Shown: piece after piece, positions 1 through 9,056 of the stretch | How the letters are laid out: each line of letters opens with the position of its first letter | How positions within the stretch are numbered: the stretch's first letter is position 1 | From: Candidatus Saccharimonadota bacterium | GTDB taxonomy: Bacteria; Patescibacteriota; Saccharimonadia; Saccharimonadales; UBA4665 | Reading direction: 5' to 3' | NCBI GenBank assembly: GCA_963716945.1 | Contig: OY970322.1 | Coordinates: forward strand, 480,001 to 512,000 | DNA length: 32,000 bases | Notes under the pieces: generated by a model | The model's database searches: none | Told to the model about the DNA's origin: nothing | Seen by the model: the letters and a program-made list of their open reading frames with translations, nothing else | Position numbers and translations under genes: made by a program

Positions 1-1
1 C

Positions 2-1552
<1,551 letters not shown>

Positions 1553-2851
1553 TTGCGCCACACTGTTACGGAAGCCCGCCTTAACAACGGCGCCCGGGGG
1601 CTGCTGATCCATATTCCGCACGCTTCGGTCATGACCGTCGACATTAATTTCCGGGCCGGCGAATACCTGGTCGAGCCTGACAAGTGGGAAGTGCCGCACC
1701 TCATGGAACACGTTTTGCTGGGGGCCAACGAGCTGATTCCGCGGGCCCGCGACTTCCAGGCCGAACTCGAGAAAAACGGCGCTTACAGCAACGCCACGAC
1801 TGGTGTTTACGACATTAATTACGAGGCCGAATGCGCCGACTTCGAGTGGGACCGGGTGCTTGGCTTGCTGCTGGTGGCGATCACCAAGCCGCTGTTTCTC
1901 GAGGAAGAATTCCGGGCCGAGTTCGGCAATGTCCAGGAGGAAATGGCGGCCCGCAGCAACAACCACTTCCGCCGCTTGAGCCTGGAGATGCGCGGGGCTT
2001 TCGGCCTGATTGCCAAGACCGACACCGAGCGTTTGGAGCTGATGTCCAATGTCAACGTCGATGACGTCAGGGAACATTACGAGCGCACGCACTATGCTTC
2101 CAATATGCGCTTTGTCATCGCCGGCAACCTGTCGGCCAGCCGGCGGGCGGCGATTACCTCGCTGCTCGAAAACATTGATTTACCGGTCGGCGAGCGGCGC
2201 TTCGATTTGCCGCAGGAGCGGCCGGAACGTCTAGAGCAGCCGGTTTACGTGGCCAATGACACCGTCGAGAACCTGTACTTCTATATTGATACTTTCATGA
2301 ACCGCCGGCTGGCCGACCCCGAAGTCGACGCCCTCAGCCTGGTCAACACCATGCTGACCGAAACGCTGTACTCCAAGATACTCGGCACCGCCCGCGAGCG
2401 CGGCCTGGTTTACGGCATGAACTCCGGCCTCAGCCAAACGCGCGATGCCAGCAATTGGTGGTTCGGCGCCCAGGTATCGGACAAAAACGCCCAGCCGCTG
2501 CTGCAGATAATCGTCGACGAACTGCTCAAAGTCAGGGCGGGGGACATCACCCGCGACGAAATCCAGGCTACCAAACAGTACGCCCTCGGCCGCTTCCAGC
2601 GCAGCGCCCAGACGGTTGGCGGCACCGCGGCCGGCTACGCCGGCCGCTACTTCTTCGATGGCGTCATCGACGACTATTACCACTGGCCGGCCCGCATCCG
2701 GGCGGTCACCAAACAGCAAATCGTCGACATCTCTAATTCCATGTTCGCCCCCGGTATCTGGGGCTTCGGTACGCTCGGCAATTGCGGCCCGGAATTCGCG
2801 GCCGAACTGCAGGCCCAGATCAGCGGCCTATGGCTCCAGCGCCCTGATTAG
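1553..2851 (+). CDS. M16 (pitrilysin) family zinc peptidase
   Basis: HxxEH zinc motif (HLMEH, residues 49-53) in the expected N-terminal position. The 432-aa length fits the family. The TTG start directly abuts the secA stop (TAG-TTG), suggesting translational coupling. Confidence 0.85.
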   Translation: MRHTVTEARLNNGARGLLIHIPHASVMTVDINFRAGEYLVEPDKWEVPHLMEHVLLGANELIPRARDFQAELEKNGAYSNATTGVYDINYEAECADFEWDRVLGLLLVAITKPLFLEEEFRAEFGNVQEEMAARSNNHFRRLSLEMRGAFGLIAKTDTERLELMSNVNVDDVREHYERTHYASNMRFVIAGNLSASRRAAITSLLENIDLPVGERRFDLPQERPERLEQPVYVANDTVENLYFYIDTFMNRRLADPEVDALSLVNTMLTETLYSKILGTARERGLVYGMNSGLSQTRDASNWWFGAQVSDKNAQPLLQIIVDELLKVRAGDITRDEIQATKQYALGRFQRSAQTVGGTAAGYAGRYFFDGVIDDYYHWPARIRAVTKQQIVDISNSMFAPGIWGFGTLGNCGPEFAAELQAQISGLWLQRPD

Positions 2852-4324
2852 GGTAGGTAACTGGTCTTCCGGCTTGGCCTTTAGAATTAGCGGCGAGGTT
2901 TCCCGTTTATAAGCCAGCAGACGGCCGGTAATGGTATTGGCGCTGCCCTCGGGCGTTTGCACGTAATCCCAGAACGCTTGCAAGTGTTCATGGTAGGTTC
3001 TGATCAGCCTGTCTCGGAATTCTTTGGGATCCATACCCTTGGGCCGCACCATGGCCGAAGGCGCCAGCCGCCGGATTATCTTGGCCTGGTCCCGGTCCAA
3101 GGTGGTCATGCTAACCATATCCTCGGGCGCGTCGCTAACAGCCGAAATGCCCAGCATGCGGCCCGGCACGCCTAGGTCGTATAACGCTACCTGCAGGTCG
3201 AGGGCCTTCTGCCTGAGCCCGGTGTCTTCCAGGGCGCCGGTCGACGTCGATAATATGTGCTCGGCTATGGGCAGCTGCTCCGGGTCCATAATTTCTTCGA
3301 TGATCCTGATGCCGGTGTGGGTTTTGGTTTGGTGGGCGGGGTCATCCAGCCCGGCCTCGGCTATCATATATAAGCCGTCTATGAACTTCTTCGGCTGCTC
3401 AGCGGCAATTTTCTGCATGGTGGTCGACAGGACTTCGCGGCCGGTAGACATGACCATGACCAGTGCCCAGTCGTGGACGTCGTGCTTGGTCGATTTATCC
3501 AAGTCATCGACCGTCAAATCGGCTTCCAGCCGGTAAGCTATGTCCATCCAGCGGCTTGCCAGTTCCGGCGACAGTTCCGCCGGGGAATAGAAACTCTTGA
3601 GCACGACCTCCAAAACATCGCACATTATCCGGTTGGCATAAGCGACAGACGGGTTTTCGGGCGTCGCCTGGTGGCCGCCGCCATCGTCGATTAACCTGGC
3701 GACCATCAAGTCGTTAAGCATGATGGCGGGGTCATACATATATTGCCGGGCCCGTTTGGCGACGTTCGCCTGGTAGGTTTTATTGCCTTCGTTAGTGGCC
3801 AGGCTGCCGTCATCACCCTCGCTTATGACGAGATCTTTACTCAACAGTATAAAGCTCGAGGCGTCCAAAGGCTCGGCCGTGCCTTTGGGGACGAAGCCTT
3901 CGATGGTGGCAGCGACAGAATGCTCGAACCGGGACCGGTAGGCGGCCTGCTGCGCTTTTTGTTTGGCGAGCTCCGATTGGATGCCTGACACGGCAACCGC
4001 GGCGCCGTTTTCGGCGGCCACCCGGGCCGCGGCGCTGGCATAGGATTCGCCGGTTTCGGTCCGGGCCGCCCGGACTTCTTCTTGGCCCTTAAACCTGGCA
4101 TGGGCCCGGTTAATATTGCGGCGCAACGCCGAATCTTTGGGTCCCAGCGCCTGCCGTTTCAGCCATTGCAGGCCGGCGAAAGCCAGGCTGCCGTCAATCG
4201 GCTCTTCCAGCGCCCTGGCCTTGGCCTCGTTCGGGTGCAGGGAAAGGAAATAAGCCGACTCCAGCCCTTCGACCACGGCCCGGCTGCTGACAAAACCGTT
4301 TTCCGGCCCGACCATGGCGAACAT
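2828..4324 (-). CDS. Hypothetical protein, paralog A of a tandem pair (ORF as called from an internal Met; see 4325-4517)
   Basis: 498-aa ORF with multiple blocks of similarity to the 4615-6081 product (for example QPKKFIDGLYMIAEAGLDDP vs QPDQFIDKAYMIAQQGLDPE, and TGRLLAYKRE vs YGRLLAFNET). I recognise no domain. The 3' end overlaps the convergent M16 gene by 24 nt. Confidence 0.8.
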   Translation of the reverse strand: MFAMVGPENGFVSSRAVVEGLESAYFLSLHPNEAKARALEEPIDGSLAFAGLQWLKRQALGPKDSALRRNINRAHARFKGQEEVRAARTETGESYASAAARVAAENGAAVAVSGIQSELAKQKAQQAAYRSRFEHSVAATIEGFVPKGTAEPLDASSFILLSKDLVISEGDDGSLATNEGNKTYQANVAKRARQYMYDPAIMLNDLMVARLIDDGGGHQATPENPSVAYANRIMCDVLEVVLKSFYSPAELSPELASRWMDIAYRLEADLTVDDLDKSTKHDVHDWALVMVMSTGREVLSTTMQKIAAEQPKKFIDGLYMIAEAGLDDPAHQTKTHTGIRIIEEIMDPEQLPIAEHILSTSTGALEDTGLRQKALDLQVALYDLGVPGRMLGISAVSDAPEDMVSMTTLDRDQAKIIRRLAPSAMVRPKGMDPKEFRDRLIRTYHEHLQAFWDYVQTPEGSANTITGRLLAYKRETSPLILKAKPEDQLPTLIRALEP

Positions 4325-4517
4325 CGACGATTCGGCCGTGACGACGTAGTCTCCTTCGCCCGTGCCTTTGGTGAAGCCCGGATTGCTGGAATAGGCTACA
4401 TGTGGCGGCTTGGCCTGCGGATCGGTCCAGGCATCATAGCCGACATGGTCAAATCGGTCGCGGGGGGGGGGTCAAACCACTACTATCCCCTATGGGTTCC
4501 AGAACTTCAGCACTCAT
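4325..4517 (-). other. Displaced 5' segment of paralog A: promoter-proximal ATG (4517) and 64 codons separated from the main ORF by a 1-nt frame offset at the C10 tract
   Basis: The main frame is open upstream to 4471 with no start codon. ATG 4517 opens MSAEVLEPIGDSSGLTPPP and then terminates at 4449-4451. Deleting one C fuses the two frames into about 562 aa, with an N-terminus that parallels paralog B. Confidence 0.7.
4462..4471. repeat. G10 homopolymer (C10 on the coding strand), nt 47-56 of the reconstructed paralog A CDS
   Basis: Counted directly: c + 9 g in block 4461-4470, plus g at 4471. It is the longest homopolymer I noticed in the window. Confidence 0.95.
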
Positions 4518-4527
4518 ATAAACATCA

Positions 4528-4556
4528 ATTAAAGCATGAATAGCCTCATAATGCAA
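4528..4556 (-). promoter_or_regulatory. Promoter of paralog A: TTGCAT-17-TTTAAT, whose last two spacer bases plus C form the TGC of an extended -10 (TGCTTTAAT); 10 nt to ATG 4517
   Basis: Minus strand reads TTGCAT (plus 4551-4556) and TGCTTTAAT (plus 4528-4536). The same TGCTTTAAT module lies upstream of paralog B. Confidence 0.6.
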
Positions 4557-4614
4557 CACCTAGCCATCCGTCCGGCCCCGGATTGAAGCGCCATGGCTTT
4601 TCCCGAGCGGCAGG

Positions 4615-6081
4615 TTAGTGCCTTGTTGCCAAGCGGTGCAGGAAGCGCCTAAACGGCGCCTTTAGCGCTGCACGCATTAATTCAGCATACTGCCTTTCTT
4701 CAGTTTCGTTAAAGGCCAAAAGACGTCCATAAAGAGTGTCCTTTTTGCCGCGCGTCGTATTCACGTATTTCCAAAATGAATCTTTCGGACCGGTGAAACC
4801 GATATCGCTCCTCAGCAACTCTTCCGGTACGCCTAACTTCCCCAGTGTCAGCTTAAGGTCAAGGGTACGCATTGCGGTTCGGCCGTCGCTGCCCTCTCTT
4901 AGATAGAGGCGGGGCAGGCGGCTCTTGGCGCCCAAGCCGTATTTGAGGATGGAGACGGTTATATCCACCTTTGCGCGGTTTTCGGGGTCTAGGCCTTGCT
5001 GCGCTATCATATAGGCCTTGTCAATGAACTGGTCTGGTTGCCGTAGGGCGACGCGGTGCAAGCTTCTGGCCAGAATTTTGCGGCCGTGCAACATTGCCAA
5101 GCCGGTCGCCGAATAGCCGTTAGCAATGCCGTCCTGGCCTAGAATGTCGGCCGTTTCAGTGGGCGATATGTCGGCCGGCAAGGGCCTTGCCAGCTCCAGC
5201 CATTTAGCCACGGTTTCGGCGGTTAGCTGGTCTGCTACATATACTCTTTCCATCAACATGTTAGACAGGGCTGAGAATATCGCGTCGATGCCGGCTTTTG
5301 ACGGATCATCGCCAGCCTGTTCGCTGGCCATGCGGACCGCTTCGGCACGCAATAACGTCAGCACCTCAAAATCATTGACCAATAGCTGAGGGTCATCCAT
5401 AAAGGTTTCCGTCTGGCGGGCAAGCTCGGTCTTGAAACCTTGCTTGGCATGGACGGAAAAATCACGACCCGAACGGTCTATGACCAGCTCTTCGCTTAGG
5501 GCCGTGAAGTTACCGAAGTCCAGGTGAGGAGAGTCCTCGCGAACTTGGCCGATCATTGTCCGGAAACGCTCGCCGTAGGCGGCCTGCCGCTGGGCTGTGG
5601 TTTCGCGGTTGCGCCTGTCGGCCGCGCTAGCGGCGGCTTGCTCGATCGCCAATTCGTCTCGTTGCGCCGCTACATGCCGGTTGTAGGCCTGGGCGCGCTG
5701 GCGGGCCGGCAGCATGGACTTAGCGCCCAATACGGCGTGCCACAGGTAGGGATGGCTATCCTCTGAGACATAGTCTCTCAGCCAGCTCAAGCCGGTTTTA
5801 GCTCCGTCGAAGTCGAAATCATCCGGATGAGCGGCTTTTACGTGGCCTTCCGCTTCGGCGTTCTCGGGATGATCTTCCACATAAACGGCGTCCATGGCTG
5901 CCACCAGGCCGGGCCGGTTAAACATTGACTGTCCGGCTGATTTTATGGGGTGGTCCGTAGGGACCAGCTCTAACGGATCAGGGTGCAGGGTAACGACTAC
6001 CAGCGAGCGGGCGGCCCAATAGTCGACATAGTCTCTATGGTCTTGAAGCATCTCTTGGTAACTATCTGGACCGGCACGCAT
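4615..6081 (-). CDS. Hypothetical protein, paralog B of the tandem pair
   Basis: 488-aa ORF homologous to paralog A along most of its length. No signal peptide, TM segment or known catalytic motif recognised. Visibly AT-richer than the flanking genes. Confidence 0.85.
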   Translation of the reverse strand: MRAGPDSYQEMLQDHRDYVDYWAARSLVVVTLHPDPLELVPTDHPIKSAGQSMFNRPGLVAAMDAVYVEDHPENAEAEGHVKAAHPDDFDFDGAKTGLSWLRDYVSEDSHPYLWHAVLGAKSMLPARQRAQAYNRHVAAQRDELAIEQAAASAADRRNRETTAQRQAAYGERFRTMIGQVREDSPHLDFGNFTALSEELVIDRSGRDFSVHAKQGFKTELARQTETFMDDPQLLVNDFEVLTLLRAEAVRMASEQAGDDPSKAGIDAIFSALSNMLMERVYVADQLTAETVAKWLELARPLPADISPTETADILGQDGIANGYSATGLAMLHGRKILARSLHRVALRQPDQFIDKAYMIAQQGLDPENRAKVDITVSILKYGLGAKSRLPRLYLREGSDGRTAMRTLDLKLTLGKLGVPEELLRSDIGFTGPKDSFWKYVNTTRGKKDTLYGRLLAFNETEERQYAELMRAALKAPFRRFLHRLATRH

Positions 6082-6093
6082 AACTAAGTGTTA

Positions 6094-6122
6094 ATTAAAG
6101 CATAAAATATGTTCTAAAGCAA
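6094..6122 (-). promoter_or_regulatory. Promoter of paralog B: TTGCTT-17-TTTAAT, whose last two spacer bases plus C form the TGC of an extended -10 (TGCTTTAAT); 12 nt to ATG 6081
   Basis: Minus strand TGCTTTAAT corresponds to plus 6094-6102, and TTGCTT to plus 6117-6122. It is divergent from the prfB promoter. Confidence 0.55.
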
Positions 6123-6148
6123 GGAACAGGGCTTTATAAAGATGAGCT

Positions 6149-6157
6149 TGCTATACT
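6149..6157 (+). promoter_or_regulatory. Extended -10 promoter of prfB (TGcTATACT), 7 nt before ATG 6165
   Basis: TG at 6149-6150 and TATACT at 6152-6157. No Shine-Dalgarno sequence can fit in the remaining 7 nt. Confidence 0.6.
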
Positions 6158-6164
6158 TTGAGAT

Positions 6165-7250
6165 ATGGAAGAACAGCGTAAACAGGCCGGAGCTTTGCAG
6201 TCGCAAATCAATCAGGCTGCAAGCCGGCTCAAAATTGATAGCCTTGGGCAGCAGCTTGAAGATCTCCAGGCCGCCAGCCGCCAGCCCGGTTTCTGGGACG
6301 ATTCGGCCAAGGCCCAAGGGGTGATGAAGCAGATCGCCAAGCTCGAAGACCGGACCAAGCCCTGGCTGGCGCTGCAGAAGGCGATCGAGGAAGTTAACGA
6401 ATTGCTCAAGCTTGGCGATGCCAGCCTGGCTGAAGAATTGGCGGTCCAGCTCCGGCAGGCGCAGGAGACGTTTGACGGGCTGAAGGAAGAACTGAAGTTC
6501 AACGGCCCATATGACGGGCATGACGCCATCGTCAGCATCTATGCCGGCGCCGGCGGCACCGATGCTCAGGATTGGACACAAATGTTACTCAGAATGTACA
6601 GCCGCTATTTCGAAAAAAACAGATGGAAGGCGACTACCGTAGACGAATCGCCCGGCGACGAAGCCGGCCTGAAGAGCATCACGCTGGAGGTCGAAGGGCC
6701 GTTCGTTTACGGCAAATTGAAGGGCGAGCACGGCGTCCACCGGCTGGTGCGGCTCAGCCCGTTCAATGCCGACAACTTGCGCCAGACCAGTTTCGCCAAA
6801 GTCGAAGTCATGCCCAAGCTGGACCGGCCCGACGACCTCCAAATCGACGACAAAGACCTAAAAGTCGACGTTTACCGCAGCGGCGGCCACGGCGGCCAAT
6901 CGGTCAACACCACCGACTCGGCCGTCCGCGTGACCCATATCCCGACCGGCCTGACAGTCGCTATCCAGAACGAGCGTTCGCAGCTCCAGAATAAGGAAAC
7001 CGCCATGACCATCCTGCGCTCGCGGCTGGCCCGGCTGCAGATGGAACAGCACGCCGAAAAACTCAGCCAGCTGAAAGGCCCTAACCAATCGGCCGAATGG
7101 GGCAACCAGATTCGCAGCTACGTCCTCCACCCCTACAAACAGGTCAAAGACCTGCGCACCAAATACGAGACCTCGGACCCCGACGCCGTCCTCGACGGCG
7201 GCCTCGACCCGCTGGTTAACGCTTACCTGGAACATACCCTCGAATCGTAA
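6165..7250 (+). CDS. prfB: Peptide chain release factor 2, uninterrupted ORF
   Basis: SPF tripeptide (LSPFNADNLRQTSFA) specific to RF2, the GGQ motif (SGGHGGQSVN), and 361 aa. No internal in-frame stop or +1 frameshift site. Confidence 0.95.
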   Translation: MEEQRKQAGALQSQINQAASRLKIDSLGQQLEDLQAASRQPGFWDDSAKAQGVMKQIAKLEDRTKPWLALQKAIEEVNELLKLGDASLAEELAVQLRQAQETFDGLKEELKFNGPYDGHDAIVSIYAGAGGTDAQDWTQMLLRMYSRYFEKNRWKATTVDESPGDEAGLKSITLEVEGPFVYGKLKGEHGVHRLVRLSPFNADNLRQTSFAKVEVMPKLDRPDDLQIDDKDLKVDVYRSGGHGGQSVNTTDSAVRVTHIPTGLTVAIQNERSQLQNKETAMTILRSRLARLQMEQHAEKLSQLKGPNQSAEWGNQIRSYVLHPYKQVKDLRTKYETSDPDAVLDGGLDPLVNAYLEHTLES

Positions 7251-7266
7251 GCCCCGGCCATGATTA

Positions 7267-7275
7267 TGCTAAAAT
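7267..7275 (+). promoter_or_regulatory. Extended -10 promoter of ftsE (TGcTAAAAT), 7 nt before ATG 7283
   Basis: TG at 7267-7268 and TAAAAT at 7270-7275. Confidence 0.55.
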
Positions 7276-7282
7276 AGGGTCA

Positions 7283-7966
7283 ATGATTCTGTTAGACAGG
7301 GTGACAAAAACCTACGGTCGCGATCTGGGTTCGGCACTGGAGCGGGTGACGCTGCACGTCGAGCCGAAAGAGTTCGTAATCGTGGTCGGGCAGAGCGGGG
7401 CGGGTAAGACCACGCTGCTACGACTGCTGACCCGTGAGGAACGTCCGACCAGCGGCAAAATCATCGTCGGCGGCATCGATTACGACAAGCTGAAGGACAA
7501 AGACATCCCGATGTTGCGGCGCAAAATCGGCGTCGTTTTCCAGGACTTCAAGCTGCTGCCCAACCGCAACGTCTTCGAGAACGTCGCCTACGCCCTCGAG
7601 ATCGTCGGCGTCAGTAACCGGGAAATCCGCCACACCGTACCCAAGGTCCTGGATATCGTCAACCTCAAGGGCAAAGAGAAGCGCATGCCGCTGGAACTCA
7701 GCGGCGGCGAACGCCAGCGGGTAGCCATCGCCCGGGCCATTGTCCGCCAGCCGCGCATCCTGATCGCCGACGAACCGACCGGCAACCTCGACCCCAAACA
7801 CGCCTGGGACGTCATCAAAGTCCTTGAGAAAATCAACCGCTACGGCACCACCGTCCTACTGACCACCCACAACCAGGAAATCGTCAACAAACTCAAGCGC
7901 CGCGTCGTCACTATCAAAGACGGCAAAATCAGCAGCGACCGCGCTAACGCCGGCTACAGGGTATAG
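7283..7966 (+). CDS. ftsE: Cell-division ABC ATPase FtsE
   Basis: Walker A GQSGAGKTT, ABC signature LSGGERQR, Walker B ILIADEPTGNLD. 227 aa, immediately upstream of ftsX. Confidence 0.92.
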   Translation: MILLDRVTKTYGRDLGSALERVTLHVEPKEFVIVVGQSGAGKTTLLRLLTREERPTSGKIIVGGIDYDKLKDKDIPMLRRKIGVVFQDFKLLPNRNVFENVAYALEIVGVSNREIRHTVPKVLDIVNLKGKEKRMPLELSGGERQRVAIARAIVRQPRILIADEPTGNLDPKHAWDVIKVLEKINRYGTTVLLTTHNQEIVNKLKRRVVTIKDGKISSDRANAGYRV

Positions 7967-7974
7967 GCGGGATA

Positions 7975-8925
7975 ATGATGCAGCGACGACTCATAACTTT
8001 CTGGCGCATCATTCACACCGGCATCGTTAATTTCATCCGCAACGTCACGCTGGCCACGGCCGCCATCGCCGTCATGGTGGTGACGCTGACGATCGTCCTT
8101 TTTTCGCTCATCACCAACGCCACCTTTTCCAACACCATTGCCCAGATTACCGACAAGATCGACGTCTCGGTTTTCCTGAAAGACTCCGACACGCCGGCCC
8201 AGACCCAGCAGCTTATCAGCCAGATTAAGGCCCTGCCTAACGTCAAAGCCGTTACCTACCTCGACAAAGCTGCCGCCCTCCGCCAGTACGAAGAGCAAAA
8301 CGCCGGCAACCAGCAACTGCTGGAAGCCGTCAGCGTCACCTCCAACCCCTTGCCGGCAACCATCCTCATCAAACCGGTTGACCTGAACAAAATCCAAGAC
8401 ATCAAGAACTTCCTGACCGAGCCCAATGTGGCTGCCTTGCAATCCGACCAGCCGAGCTACAGCGGCGACAGGGAAGCCGCCATCAATAAGATCACCCATG
8501 CCACCGACGTGCTGCGCAAGATCGGCATTGTCACCGTGGCCGTCTTTGCCCTGATTTGCGCGCTGATCATTTTCAATACTATCCAGATGGCTATCTTCAA
8601 CCGGCGCGACGATATCGCCATCATGCGCCTGCTGGGTGCCAGCACCGGCTACATCCGCGGGCCGTTTATCGTCGAGAGTGCCATTTACGGCATACTGTCA
8701 GCCGTCTTTTCGGTCCTGATCGTCAACTCGGCTTTCTTGGCCTCCAGCAACGCGCTGCAGGCCAGCAGCCTAGGCCTGCTCGATATCAACTACGCCAACC
8801 AATATTTCGACGCCCATTTCTGGGGCTTCTTGGGGATCCAGCTAATGCTTGGTATAGTGTTAGGAGCGGTCTCTTCCACTATCGCGACCCGCCGCTACCT
8901 AAAATTCAAGACACCCAAAAACTAA
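7975..8925 (+). CDS. ftsX: Cell-division permease-like protein FtsX
   Basis: N-terminal TM segment, a large extracytoplasmic loop, then three C-terminal TM segments (FtsX topology). Sits 8 nt after ftsE. Confidence 0.9.
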   Translation: MMQRRLITFWRIIHTGIVNFIRNVTLATAAIAVMVVTLTIVLFSLITNATFSNTIAQITDKIDVSVFLKDSDTPAQTQQLISQIKALPNVKAVTYLDKAAALRQYEEQNAGNQQLLEAVSVTSNPLPATILIKPVDLNKIQDIKNFLTEPNVAALQSDQPSYSGDREAAINKITHATDVLRKIGIVTVAVFALICALIIFNTIQMAIFNRRDDIAIMRLLGASTGYIRGPFIVESAIYGILSAVFSVLIVNSAFLASSNALQASSLGLLDINYANQYFDAHFWGFLGIQLMLGIVLGAVSSTIATRRYLKFKTPKN

Positions 8926-8936
8926 TAGGGAGAACC

Positions 8937-8975
8937 GGTAAGCCAGGGGACCTTCCCGGACAGCTTGCCTTTTTT
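8937..8975 (+). terminator. Probable intrinsic terminator after ftsX
   Basis: GGTAAGC (8937-8943) pairs with GCTTGCC (8963-8969) with one G-U pair. The loop holds a GGGGA..TTCCC sub-stem. T6 follows at 8970-8975. Confidence 0.5.
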
Positions 8976-9022
8976 GCTCCCCGCTAAATAATAAAAGGGG
9001 GTACAGACTTGATTAACCGTAG

Positions 9023-9028
9023 TATAAT
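9023..9028 (+). promoter_or_regulatory. Candidate -10 box (TATAAT) for the CHAP hydrolase gene
   Basis: Perfect TATAAT lying inside the ORF-track N-terminal extension (TTG 9009). This argues that ATG 9057 is the real start. Confidence 0.45.
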
Positions 9029-9056
9029 AAAGAGTAGAACTAGCCAAACCAAGACC

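Noticed and set aside
4545-4614. Hairpin-like ATCCG...CGGAT and the GCCATGGC palindrome between the paralog B stop and the paralog A promoter, considered as a terminator.
   Set aside because: No U-tract follows on the transcribed (minus) strand and the stems are short. This may simply be GC-rich spacer.
6165-6300. Looked for the programmed +1 frameshift site (CUU UGA C preceded by an SD-like element) typical of prfB.
   Set aside because: The RF2 ORF is continuous from ATG 6165 through the SPF and GGQ motifs, with no in-frame stop. A sizeable minority of bacteria lack the frameshift, so this is normal rather than novel.
9009-9056. ORF-track N-terminal extensions: TTG 9009 (CHAP), 11851 (213-aa orphan), 14063 (receiver), TTG 25696 (kinase), TTG 29600 (helicase) and TTG 31187 (TasA-like).
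   Set aside because: In each case a promoter element or the preceding gene occupies the extension. A downstream ATG gives a sensible N-terminus (signal peptide, P-loop spacing or SD spacing).
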